Source: a virus (Duplodnaviria; Caudoviricetes). From it: DNA of 56,188 bases. Below the pieces are notes generated by a model. That model searched no databases, was not told where the DNA came from, and worked only from the letters and a program-made list of their open reading frames with translations. The position numbers and the translations under genes were made by a program. Below, piece after piece: positions 6,733-17,200 of the stretch. Each line of letters opens with the position of its first letter. The stretch's first letter is position 1. The DNA lies in the IMG/VR virus record IMGVR_UViG_3300030329_001842, positions 1 through 56,188 of that record; one strand, written 5' to 3'.

Positions 6733-8347
6733 TGGAAGGTTAGCTCACGATTCTAGAGCACTAGAAGATGTGTTTGAGAAATGTAGAGTAGATGAAAAGA
6801 AAATGACCCTACTTGTAAGAGCTTTTTGTGAATCATATCTCATTGACCAAGCAAGAAGGCCACTTAAGTTAAGACCATTACAAGAAAGAATTGTAGTAGC
6901 TTGTCTTACACACCCATCCAGTAACCCCGCAAAACATAGAAAACTAGCAATTTTGGCTCCACGTGGTAGTGGCAAGTCTTATGCTTTATCTGTGGCAGTG
7001 GTTATATATATGTTCTTTAAGAGATTTAGAGATTTAATCTTTGTATTGGCTCCATCTGAGGACCAAGCTTCATTAATCTTTAACTATTGTTATAGACATT
7101 TTGCTGATAATGAGTTCTTGGGGAGCTTAATTGACCATTATAGATTCCATAACAAGCCTAATATTACAATGAAGGGAGGTACGGTGCTACGTAGAGCCCC
7201 TATTGCTGCTTCTAATCAAGGACAAGCAATACGAGGACAACACCCTACTTTCTTAGTAGTGGATGAAAGCCCATTAATTGATGATAAGTTATTTATTGAT
7301 AATGTAGAACCTTCTATATTATCTAATAAGGCTCCATTTATCAACTTGGGAACTCCAAAAAGCAAAGAGAACCATATGTATAGATATCTTTATGATGAAG
7401 ATTATGAAGATTCATTTGATAGGTTACACTTTACTTGGAGAGATGCAGTGAAGAAAGGTAGAGCCTATGCTCCTCCTTATGATGAAGAAGATATGTTACA
7501 GAAAATGACTGAATGGGGAGAAGATTCAATATATTGGAGAACAGAATATGAGTGCGAGTTCGTCGAATCAACGAGTAATATTTTTAACCCGGAGTTACTT
7601 CGCAAATGTTATATTCAACAAGAATTTGCCGAATACGGAACGCCGTATCCAAATTGTGTTGTTGGTGTGGACATTGGTAAGTCTGTCAATTCTACTGTTA
7701 TCAGTGTATGGGCTAACGAGAAGAGTGATACAGGAAATATTGCAAGTTTAATTTATTTAGAAGAGATAGGACCAAAGACAGGTGGACATGATATACCATT
7801 CCAACGTAGTCGTATAATGGATGTTGCAAAGAATTTTGATGCAAAAAGAGTTATTATTGATGCTACAGGTATAGGTGGTGCATTTGAACAAGATTTAAGA
7901 GTAGAATGTATTCAAGAAGAGATACATTTAATACCATTTATATTTACAGGAGGACCGAAGGGTTCTAAAACACAGGTCTACAGAGACTATGTGTCATATG
8001 TACAACAAGGACAAATTAAGGTGCCAGACCCTAAATACCTATCTCCAGACCAAGCAAAGTTAGTTACCAAGTGGTATAAAGAACATGTAAATCTAGAATA
8101 TACAATGGATGCAGCTAATAAGACAGAAAAGATATCAGCACCAGATGGTAAGCATGATGACTACTGTGATAGCTCTGTGATAGGAATACACGCCTGTTTG
8201 GGCATGTTACCACCCGAATCTTCGTTTGCATCAGTGAATGTTAACCGTTCTACAAGGATGCCAGCGAAAAAAGGTCTATCTGGACCAGTTTTTGGTAAAA
8301 CAACACGGAAACATAGGGTTAATAAGCCCCGACCGGGCGGAATTTAG
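6683..8347 (+). CDS. terL: terminase large subunit
   Basis: LRPLQ, Walker A APRGSGKS, Walker B LVVDE, GTP, nuclease GVDIG...DATGIG...HDDYCDS. Confidence 0.93.
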   Translation: MTIPVKNEQKKLNAAISGRLAHDSRALEDVFEKCRVDEKKMTLLVRAFCESYLIDQARRPLKLRPLQERIVVACLTHPSSNPAKHRKLAILAPRGSGKSYALSVAVVIYMFFKRFRDLIFVLAPSEDQASLIFNYCYRHFADNEFLGSLIDHYRFHNKPNITMKGGTVLRRAPIAASNQGQAIRGQHPTFLVVDESPLIDDKLFIDNVEPSILSNKAPFINLGTPKSKENHMYRYLYDEDYEDSFDRLHFTWRDAVKKGRAYAPPYDEEDMLQKMTEWGEDSIYWRTEYECEFVESTSNIFNPELLRKCYIQQEFAEYGTPYPNCVVGVDIGKSVNSTVISVWANEKSDTGNIASLIYLEEIGPKTGGHDIPFQRSRIMDVAKNFDAKRVIIDATGIGGAFEQDLRVECIQEEIHLIPFIFTGGPKGSKTQVYRDYVSYVQQGQIKVPDPKYLSPDQAKLVTKWYKEHVNLEYTMDAANKTEKISAPDGKHDDYCDSSVIGIHACLGMLPPESSFASVNVNRSTRMPAKKGLSGPVFGKTTRKHRVNKPRPGGI

Positions 8348-8362
8348 CGAAAGCTTTATATA
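8347..8362 (+). promoter_or_regulatory. BRE/TATA promoter overlapping the terL stop codon
   Basis: GCGAAAGCTTTATATA. Confidence 0.75.
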
Positions 8363-8391
8363 CTCCGCTGTATTATATTTATACGATAGCT

Positions 8392-9666
8392 ATGGCTCTA
8401 AGAGATTATTGGCCTTTCAATAGGCGGAGTTTCGCAACTAAAGGGACAAACCCACCGTTCAATAAAGATAATCCACGCTCCTTCGGAGATGGAGTAATAC
8501 GCCGGATTCAATTGCAGTCCAATGCCTTCGGGCGTGGTGGTGCTATGAAAGAACCGCAGGTTGGCGATTATCGAACGTACATGAATGTGTATTTGTCGGA
8601 CCCTATAGTAAGAACTCTGATAGATTTGCCATGTCTCTACGCCTCTAAGGACGGTTACGACATCGTAACTGACAATGAAGAGGAACGCCAAGCTATCACC
8701 CAGCTTTTTGATAGCATAAATGTAGAACAACTTATTTATTCGTGGTTGCGTAATGGAAGAATCTTTGGTACATCCTATTTAGAATGGACTGGAGACAATT
8801 TAGTTTTACGTTCATCACAGAATATGTATGTTCAAAGAGACGATAATGGACAAATAATGTATTATTATCAAGATTTGGGCGACGATAAGGAGTCGATTAG
8901 GTTTGAGGAAGAAGAGATTATCGAATACAAGAACAATCCGTTTGATGATTATGCCTACGGTTTATCTGATATACATCCTATTCTTTATCTCATTGACCTT
9001 AAAGATTATGCAGAGCGCGACATCGGTGCGGCTCTTAATAAATACGCTAATAGTCGTTTCGATATTAGTGCTGGTCTACCTGATATGCCTTATGGACCGG
9101 ACAAAATCAATGAAATAGTGTCTGCATTCAATGGATTAGAGCCGGGTGAAGATATCATTCACGGTAATGATATAGAAGTAAAAGAATTACAAGGAACACA
9201 AAGAGCGTTTGAGTATGGTAAATACACAGATGATATAATGAAAAAGATATCCATGGCTATGAAAGTTCCAATGACAATGTGGGATAAGCCAGAACAGGCA
9301 CGTCCTATATTTGAACCATATGTAAGACATTTACAATCTGCTATTGAAGCATCTATCAATTCACAACTGATGCCTCAAGTAGGTTCTGGAGATGCCTTAT
9401 TTAGATTCCGTCAAATGAACGTCGATGATGCTTTCTTAAAAGCTAAGACAGATATGATATACCTTTCAGAGGGAGTTCTTTCACCTCAAGAGGTAAGAAT
9501 GGAAAGAGGGTTAAACCCAGATGGAGTGGTAGAACAGCAAGAAACTGCAAAGAATGCCAATGTATCTGGAGGTAAAGACCAAGATAAGACAGAAGAAAAA
9601 GAAAGAACAGAGAACCGCGCTGGTAACAAACCAAGCGCTAATACTACGGGGGATAGAGAAGAATGA
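8392..9666 (+). CDS. portal protein
   Basis: Follows terL; RIFGTSY, YGLSDI, GVLSPQEVR..RGL motifs. Confidence 0.88.
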   Translation: MALRDYWPFNRRSFATKGTNPPFNKDNPRSFGDGVIRRIQLQSNAFGRGGAMKEPQVGDYRTYMNVYLSDPIVRTLIDLPCLYASKDGYDIVTDNEEERQAITQLFDSINVEQLIYSWLRNGRIFGTSYLEWTGDNLVLRSSQNMYVQRDDNGQIMYYYQDLGDDKESIRFEEEEIIEYKNNPFDDYAYGLSDIHPILYLIDLKDYAERDIGAALNKYANSRFDISAGLPDMPYGPDKINEIVSAFNGLEPGEDIIHGNDIEVKELQGTQRAFEYGKYTDDIMKKISMAMKVPMTMWDKPEQARPIFEPYVRHLQSAIEASINSQLMPQVGSGDALFRFRQMNVDDAFLKAKTDMIYLSEGVLSPQEVRMERGLNPDGVVEQQETAKNANVSGGKDQDKTEEKERTENRAGNKPSANTTGDREE

Positions 9667-10919
9667 GCGATTATGAATACGAGCGCTGTTTGATAGACGT
9701 AGCAGCCACACTTAAAAAGCGTGGAACTAAAAACTACGAAGAGACTGCGGCTAAAATGTGCCGCATGAGGGTAGATGAAGTCAAGACTGAAAGAAGTTTT
9801 GCTATGGATTCTGCCGGGGACCGAGAGAACAGGAGAGTTTATGCTCCTGCTATTGGAGAGATTACTAATACGGATGACTATTTAGAATTCCCTGTAATCG
9901 CTATCACGTCGGGCCCCCACGACGAAGATGGTGACCAAAAGGTTTTTATTGAACCATCCATCTTGGAAGAAAATTTAAAAGCATTTGAAACTCTTCCAGT
10001 ATACTATAATCATCAAAGGACAGACGATGACCTCTTAGGCACGGCTATCAACCCCAAAATCGTCCAACTTGAAGATGGTAAGTCAGCAATTGAAATGTTG
10101 GCTAGAATACACAAAGAGTCTGCAAAGGCAAGTGAAGTGTTAGAGAAATTGGAAAACGGTAACATGACGCATGTTAGTATAGACTGGTTATCTAAAGACG
10201 TTGATGTCTTAGGAGAGCCTTTCGCAACTGACATACGCCCTGTAGAGGTGAGCTTCATTGATAATGAGACTCGCACACCCGTTTGTGAATCATGTACAAT
10301 TGGAGAAGAAAAGGAATGTGGTGAACACCGTGAATTCGGTGAAAAAGATTCAGATTGTGGCTGTGGTGGCCATGACGATGAATCATGTGCCTGTGAAACA
10401 CACGGGACAACCAGCGAGGAAATAACTATGGCTGAAGAACAAGTAAAAACAGAAGACTCTGGAGCTGAGACACTTGTAGAGCGTGAATTCGCCGCTATGA
10501 GAACCCAGCTTGAAGAGATGAAAACTTCATACGAAGAATTGAACGCCAAGCACGAAGAAGCCCTCGCTATGATTACCAAATTTGAAGAAGTAGAAGCAAC
10601 AAGAGCAGAAGCAGAAGCAAAAGCTCGAATTGATTCCTTCGTCAACACAATCATAGAAAAGGAAGCTCTCTTAGGAAAAGTCAATGACGAATCTAAGGAA
10701 GCACGTGCTGAGGAACTCACTTCTTGGGATGAGGTTAAGCTAGAAGGTTTCTCCATCGCAATGGAGTCTATGCCAGTACCAGAAGAATCCGAAAGGACCT
10801 TCGGTAAGGGTAAAGCCCACAGTGATGAAGAACAACCCGTTGAAGCAGAAGCCGAAACACCACGCATGTTTGCGATGGAAGACGGCAGAATTGTCTTCAA
10901 AGGAGAAGAAAAGGAATAA
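9663..10919 (+). CDS. prohead protease fused to scaffolding coiled coil
   Basis: PVYYNH...G, VSI, EVSFI (herpes/HK97-type protease motifs); Cys/His linker; acidic coiled-coil C-terminal half. Confidence 0.8.
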   Translation: MSDYEYERCLIDVAATLKKRGTKNYEETAAKMCRMRVDEVKTERSFAMDSAGDRENRRVYAPAIGEITNTDDYLEFPVIAITSGPHDEDGDQKVFIEPSILEENLKAFETLPVYYNHQRTDDDLLGTAINPKIVQLEDGKSAIEMLARIHKESAKASEVLEKLENGNMTHVSIDWLSKDVDVLGEPFATDIRPVEVSFIDNETRTPVCESCTIGEEKECGEHREFGEKDSDCGCGGHDDESCACETHGTTSEEITMAEEQVKTEDSGAETLVEREFAAMRTQLEEMKTSYEELNAKHEEALAMITKFEEVEATRAEAEAKARIDSFVNTIIEKEALLGKVNDESKEARAEELTSWDEVKLEGFSIAMESMPVPEESERTFGKGKAHSDEEQPVEAEAETPRMFAMEDGRIVFKGEEKE

Positions 10920-10929
10920 GTGATGAAAT

Positions 10930-11328
10930 ATGGCAGCAGGAATTAACATATTAGTAAATGATGGTGGTGCACCATGCCGAATCATGAAGTTAGGAAACGC
11001 AGGAGCTGATATAGATGCAGGAACTATTGTTGAATTCAACAGCAGTGGAAACATCGTAGTAGCCTCTGAAGACTTACCTTCATATTTGAACGCAGCAGTA
11101 GGTGTACTTTTCGTCGATGCTACAAGTGGAGACCCAGCGTCTGTAATAACCGGTAAAGGAGCAGTTGTTTTCTTGAAAGCAACAGGAACCATTGCCGCAG
11201 GTGCAGCACTCGGTCACGACAACGCAGGATTAGCAAAAGCTAAAACATCAGCAGATGAAAGGTTCGCTATTGCTCTAGAAGCAAAAAGCGCTACCCACAC
11301 TGATTTCGTAAAGGCTCTATTACTATAA
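10930..11328 (+). CDS. capsid cement/decoration protein (DUF2190-like)
   Basis: Small Ala/Gly-rich beta protein immediately before the capsid gene; ATGTIAAGA...AIALEA pattern. Confidence 0.7.
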   Translation: MAAGINILVNDGGAPCRIMKLGNAGADIDAGTIVEFNSSGNIVVASEDLPSYLNAAVGVLFVDATSGDPASVITGKGAVVFLKATGTIAAGAALGHDNAGLAKAKTSADERFAIALEAKSATHTDFVKALLL

Positions 11329-11344
11329 GGTATAAGGTGAAAAA

Positions 11345-12427
11345 ATGGTTACAGCAAAAGAAGGACTAATGAGTTCCAATCTCTCGTCAACCGCAAACCG
11401 AGTACTTGTAGATTACAAAGACGCTATTCAAGACTACAAAGTCACGAATATGCCTGTAATTCAACAGTTCGCAGAGCGATTTACGACAGAGACTGGAGGC
11501 GATGTAGATATTACATTCGCAAAACCTAGCATGGCGCTAGAACAGATAGAAGAAGGAGACACTCCATCTTATCAACACACTGACTTGAGAAACGAAAGAA
11601 TCTCAGTGAAAGAGTGGGGATTAGCAGTAGGTGTCACCCGACGTATGCTTGAAGACTCAAGATTTTCAGAAATGGAAATGGCTTTGAACGAAGCTAGAAG
11701 AGCCGTCGAGCGTCACGTAACACAACACTTCATTTATACAGTTTTCGGTTTATATAAAGCTGAATTCGGTACAGGTGTAAGTGGAGCAACAATTGTCAAG
11801 ACAAATACAGAAGCACAACTAACTACTTTCGCTAACTGTTCCCACGGTGGTTTCTATGGGAAAACCCCAACCACAGGTGGAGACGCAGTACGAATTTACG
11901 ACTATGGTGAGTACAGTGCAGCAGAATTAGCTGCATTAGGAACCAACTCTGGTTCTCACTACATAGCATCAGCTGGTACTGGTGGTGCAACTGGTGACTT
12001 GGCATTGGCAGACGTAACAACCGCAATGGAGTTAATTAACGCAAAAGGTGGAACAGCAGATACAATTATGATATCTCCTTCCCACTACAAAACTCTATTG
12101 AACTTGGCTGACTTTACAGCACCATTCACCGGAACAGGTGACGATGCAGTGAACAGCAAAGGTGGTTTGGATTATGTGAACAACGTTTCTAACAGTGGAC
12201 TTGTAGGACAACTCTACGGTTTGAATGTTTACATGAACCACTACATACCAAAGGACCGCTACGGTGTCTTTGATATGAAGGTAAAACCTGTCGCATACGT
12301 TGAAAGACGTGGCTTAACAGTCGAAGAAGCAAACCCCGGATTCGGAATTACTGGTTCTTACATGTCCATGAGATATGGATTGAAAGTTATCAGACCAGAA
12401 TCAGGTGTTATTGTCATCGGCGAATAA
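11345..12427 (+). CDS. major capsid protein (HK97 fold)
   Basis: Position; EQIEEG, VTRRMLEDS, ADTIMISP, GQLYGLNVY, RYGLKVIRPE. Confidence 0.9.
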   Translation: MVTAKEGLMSSNLSSTANRVLVDYKDAIQDYKVTNMPVIQQFAERFTTETGGDVDITFAKPSMALEQIEEGDTPSYQHTDLRNERISVKEWGLAVGVTRRMLEDSRFSEMEMALNEARRAVERHVTQHFIYTVFGLYKAEFGTGVSGATIVKTNTEAQLTTFANCSHGGFYGKTPTTGGDAVRIYDYGEYSAAELAALGTNSGSHYIASAGTGGATGDLALADVTTAMELINAKGGTADTIMISPSHYKTLLNLADFTAPFTGTGDDAVNSKGGLDYVNNVSNSGLVGQLYGLNVYMNHYIPKDRYGVFDMKVKPVAYVERRGLTVEEANPGFGITGSYMSMRYGLKVIRPESGVIVIGE

Positions 12428-12466
12428 AGCTAACTGTTCAGTACAACTGGTTTAAACATTTTGGTA

Positions 12467-12495
12467 TGGGTGCCACCAATAGAAAAAGGCACCCA
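12467..12495 (+). terminator. hairpin after the capsid gene
   Basis: TGGGTGCC...GGCACCCA, 8-bp stem. Confidence 0.5.
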
Positions 12496-12511
12496 AACAT
12501 GAGGATAATAT

Positions 12512-14032
12512 ATGGTTAAAAGAAAACCTTACGGTCTTGAAAACGAGAAACTAGCTGGCAACAAAAGGATGTCACAACAGCCATTGGTCTTAGACGACAG
12601 GCTAATCTCTAAACAATATATTAAAGCAAAAGCTGATGCTAAAGTAGATGATACAGCATTTGGCGTTTCTTGGGATGCAGTAGATGATATTGCACCAAGT
12701 AAAAATGCACTTTACGATTATTTAAATTCTTTAACTCCTTCTTCAGATATGTGGACTAAGAAGGAAGATACAACTGATACTAATATTAGAGCTAGAAAAA
12801 CAGGCAATTATGCTATTGGCCCAACTAACTTTACTTCAGATAGTGATTGGGAGAAGCTCTATGTATCAGGCAATATAAAGGCTACTGGAGACTTTATTAT
12901 GCAAAACAATGGGAGCAAAATAGGGCCAAGCTCTGGTGAGCTCACATTACATGCTACAGATGGAGCCTTATTACCAACTAAGTTTATGATAGGTACAGGA
13001 ACAGCAGGTGTTCCATTAGAAATATCATTAGCTGGTTCTTCTCCTACTACTACCGATGGTACAGGTATAATACAAGCAGGAGCTGATGGAGCAGCAAATC
13101 TTGGAATTGGTACAGACAAAATACAAGCAAGAGATGGTAGCACAGCAGCTGCCGAATTAAAATTAAATACTAGCGGAGGAGCAGTAACGATAGGTTCAAG
13201 TGGAGCAACTACTACTATTAGTGGAAATTTGAATGTAGTAGGAACAGCTACTACCACTCTTTCTGAAACAGTTAATATTAAAGATTCTAACATATTATTA
13301 AATTCTGATTTAGCTTCTGATACAGCACCTTCAGTTAATGCAGGTATTACAGTAGAAAGAGGAAGTTCTACAGACGCACAAATAATATGGAACGAAACTG
13401 ACGATAAGTGGCAGGTTTCCGATGGAAGCTCTACTTTTGATATAGCACATAGTACACATGCACCATTAACATTAGGTACAAATACAGCAAGTGCTTTATC
13501 ACTAAGTGGACAACAACTAGCATTAGCAGATAAATTTTTACAGATAGCTGGAGATACTGCAACAGGTGCTATGACCTTTGGTAGTTCAGGAAACCAAACA
13601 GATAATAGTGGTGATGGTACTACTATGCTTACAGTATTTGGTGGACCAAATACAGGTAATCCAGCTTTAGTAGTCAATGGACATATCTCTGCGGATACCA
13701 AGTCTTTTGATATACCACACCCTATTAAAAAGAATATGAGATTAGTACATGGTACTTTAGAAGGTCCTGAATTTGGTATGTATCAAAGAGGGACTATAGT
13801 AAAATCTCATTTACCAACAGAAGAAGTACCTTTACCGGCTTATTGGGGTAAGCTTGTTGCTGATTACACAGTATCACTTACACCACATGGAAATTATAAT
13901 GTATGGTTAGTGGAAAAACACAAAAACATGTTCGAGATTAAATCTAATGCAGACGCAATCAATGGACCATGGTCTTGTGACTGGATTGTAATAGGAAGAA
14001 GAAATGATTACCCATTGGAGGTTGAGCAATAA
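12512..14032 (+). CDS. virion fibre/spike protein with a C-terminal chaperone-like domain
   Basis: Beta-rich G/T/S body, AGITVERG..WNETDDKW, C-terminal KSFDIPHP..RLVHGTLEGPE.GMYQRG typical of marine phage fibres. Confidence 0.7.
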   Translation: MVKRKPYGLENEKLAGNKRMSQQPLVLDDRLISKQYIKAKADAKVDDTAFGVSWDAVDDIAPSKNALYDYLNSLTPSSDMWTKKEDTTDTNIRARKTGNYAIGPTNFTSDSDWEKLYVSGNIKATGDFIMQNNGSKIGPSSGELTLHATDGALLPTKFMIGTGTAGVPLEISLAGSSPTTTDGTGIIQAGADGAANLGIGTDKIQARDGSTAAAELKLNTSGGAVTIGSSGATTTISGNLNVVGTATTTLSETVNIKDSNILLNSDLASDTAPSVNAGITVERGSSTDAQIIWNETDDKWQVSDGSSTFDIAHSTHAPLTLGTNTASALSLSGQQLALADKFLQIAGDTATGAMTFGSSGNQTDNSGDGTTMLTVFGGPNTGNPALVVNGHISADTKSFDIPHPIKKNMRLVHGTLEGPEFGMYQRGTIVKSHLPTEEVPLPAYWGKLVADYTVSLTPHGNYNVWLVEKHKNMFEIKSNADAINGPWSCDWIVIGRRNDYPLEVEQ

Positions 14033-14223
14033 TGGCATCAAGTAGAGTAAGAATAGGAGCTCCGGGAGGAGTATTAAATAACGCAGTAATTAGATTTCAA
14101 AGAGATTCAGATGACGACGGCGATTATGATGATATTGATATATTAGCATTTGCTTTAAATGCTTCAGATAGTACAGTTACACTAGATAAGTGTGTAATAG
14201 ATGGAGGGACTTTCGGGTCTTAG
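14032..14223 (+). CDS. small fibre-associated protein ending IDGGTF
   Basis: TAATG coupling; IDGGxF C-terminal motif. Confidence 0.6.
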   Translation: MASSRVRIGAPGGVLNNAVIRFQRDSDDDGDYDDIDILAFALNASDSTVTLDKCVIDGGTFGS

Positions 14224-14226
14224 ATA

Positions 14227-17200
14227 ATGGCAGATAATAGAATTTACATCAAGCGTAGTGCAAAAGGTACAGACGTACCATCCAATACTGATTTAGAATT
14301 AGGTGAATTGGCAATTAATACGTATGATGGTAAATTATATGCCAAAAAAGATGACGGTAGTGCAAGTATCATAGAGATAGGAGCAAAAGGAGCTACTGGT
14401 ACTAAAGGACAAAAGGGAGAATTATCACCCGGACCGCAAGGACCTACAGGAGCTGATGGACCACAAGGTCCACAAGGAGTTGCTGGAGATAAGGGAGCTC
14501 AAGGACCTCAAGGAGCAGCTGGTCCACAAGGTATACAAGGTTCACAAGGAGTTGCTGGAGATAAGGGAGCTCAAGGTGCTACAGGTGCTCAAGGACCAAC
14601 AGGTGCTCAAGGACCACAAGGAGATGCTGGTCAAAAAGGTGCTACCGGTGCTCAAGGTACTCAAGGTGTTGCAGGAGATAAAGGTGCAACAGGAGCAGGT
14701 GGACCAACAGGACCTACAGGACCTCAAGGAGGAAAAGGAGAACCCGGTGTAGGTGCTAAAGGTGCTACTGGTGCTCAAGGACCTACAGGACCTCAAGGAC
14801 CTACAGGAAGTACAGGGCCACAAGGACCTGCTGGACCTACTGGACCAGCTGGAGATAAAGGTGGAACTGGACCTACAGGACCGCAAGGTAACGTAGGACC
14901 TCAAGGAAGCACAGGACCGCAAGGTACTCAAGGTACTCAAGGACCACAAGGTCAAAAAGGTGATACTGGAGCTGATGGAGCTACAGGTGCAAGAGCAGGT
15001 CTCTCATATGAAATAGAACTTGCTAATACTACAGACTCAGACCCCGGTTCAGGTAAACTTAAATTTAATAATTCTACACAAGCTAGTGCAACAGCAATAT
15101 ATATCAATGATTCTAGTAATGATGGTGCTAACGTAAGTTCATGGATAGATTCATGGGATAGTTACAATACTAATCAACCCGGTCATATCACTATATCTAA
15201 GTCAGCACATACTACTGGTACACACTACGTAGCAACTGCTGAACTTTCAACAATAACAGATGCTACTAATTATTGGAAATTAAATTTCGGTTCTTTATCT
15301 ATTTCTAACTCTTTTTCTGATGGTGATTTAGTTATATTAGAATTTCACAAAAGAGGTCAAAAAGGAGATACTGGAGACCAAGGAACTGCTGGAGATAAAG
15401 GTGACGCCGGTATTACAGGAGATAAAGGACAAAAGGGAGCTCAAGGTGCTCAAGGTGCTCAAGGAGCTCAAGGTGTTGCTGGAGATAAAGGTGGAACAGG
15501 TGCTCAAGGACCTCAGGGAACTCAAGGAGCTGGTGGACCTACAGGACCAACAGGAGCAGCTGGTGCTAAAGGAGCTACAGGTGCTCAAGGAACAGCTGGT
15601 ACTAAAGGACAAAAAGGAGCTACAGGAGCTCAAGGACCTCAGGGAGCTCAAGGTACTGCTGGAGACAAAGGTGCTACAGGTGCTCAAGGACCTCAGGGAG
15701 ATACAGGTGCAGGTGGACCAACAGGAGCGGCTGGAGATAAAGGAGCTACAGGTGCTACTGGACCTCAGGGACCACAAGGAACTGCTGGAGATAAAGGAGA
15801 TACAGGTGCTACAGGACCAACAGGACCACAAGGAACTGCTGGTGACAAAGGAGCTACAGGTGCTACAGGACCACAAGGTGCTACAGGACCTCAAGGTCCT
15901 CAAGGTGCTACAGGACCACAAGGAGATAAAGGAAGTAAAGGAGAAGCATCATTACCAGCTTCTACTTTCTTAATGCATGTAGATTTAACAGATACTACTA
16001 CTGCACCATCAACAAACGGAGAGATTGTTTTAAACCATGCTACATTAGGAAGTGTTACACAATTATCTATATACGAAGATGATGAGAGTGGTGGTACATT
16101 AGATGCAGTTCTAACAGATATGTTAGTAACTGGTAATAGAATTAAAATAGAAAAGAAAGATGATATAACCAAATGGGTTACTTTCGAAATGACTGGCAGC
16201 GGTGCTGATGTAGGTGATTACAGAACTGTTGCAGTCTCACATGAGGGCGGGGCAAGTGGTGCAGCTACTTCTTCTTTCTCAGATGAAGATGACGTTTATT
16301 TTTCCCTTTCAATGAAAGGTGATACAGGACCACAAGGACCTGTTGGACCACAAGGACCTACAGGACCTCAAGGACCACAAGGAGCTCAAGGACCACAAGG
16401 AGCGGCAGGAGATAAAGGTGCTCCCGGTGCTACAGGACCTCAAGGACCAACAGGAAGTACAGGACCAGATGGACCTACAGGAGCTGCTGGTGATAAGGGA
16501 GGAACTGGTGCTCAAGGACCTCAAGGAGCTCAAGGTGCTACAGGACCTACAGGACCTACAGGAGCAGCTGGTGCTAAAGGAGCTACAGGAGCTCAAGGAC
16601 CTCAAGGTGCTACAGGACCACAAGGAACAGCTGGTGACAAAGGTGCAACTGGTTCGACAGGACCAACAGGACCTCAAGGTACTGCTGGTGATAAAGGAGG
16701 AACTGGTGATACAGGAGCAACTGGACCTACAGGAGCAGCTGGTGCTAAAGGAGCTACAGGAGCTCAAGGACCTCAAGGTGCTACAGGACCACAAGGAACA
16801 GCTGGTGACAAAGGTGCAACTGGAACCACAGGACCTCAAGGACCACAAGGTGCTGTAGGACCTCAAGGACCTCAAGGTACTAAAGGTGCTACTGGTGACA
16901 CAGGACCTCAAGGACCTCAAGGACCTACAGGTAATCAAGGACCTCAAGGAGCTGAAGGTAACGTAGGACCTACAGGAAGTACAGGACCTCAAGGTACACG
17001 CGGTGGTGTAAAATACAAATATAGTTCTACCACCACAGAAGCTGACCCCGGACAAGGTTATTTTAGATTTGATAGTACAACTATAGGTAGTATTACTGAA
17101 ATGTATATTGATGACGCTGATGTTAACGGCGTTGATATGCAAACATGGATTAGAACATGGGATGATTCAGATTCTACGTCAGTTCATAAAGCAGTAATTC

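Noticed and set aside
10013-13701. Long antisense ORFs 10013..10900, 10740..11192 and 12859..13701
   Set aside because: Mirror frames of well-supported structural genes
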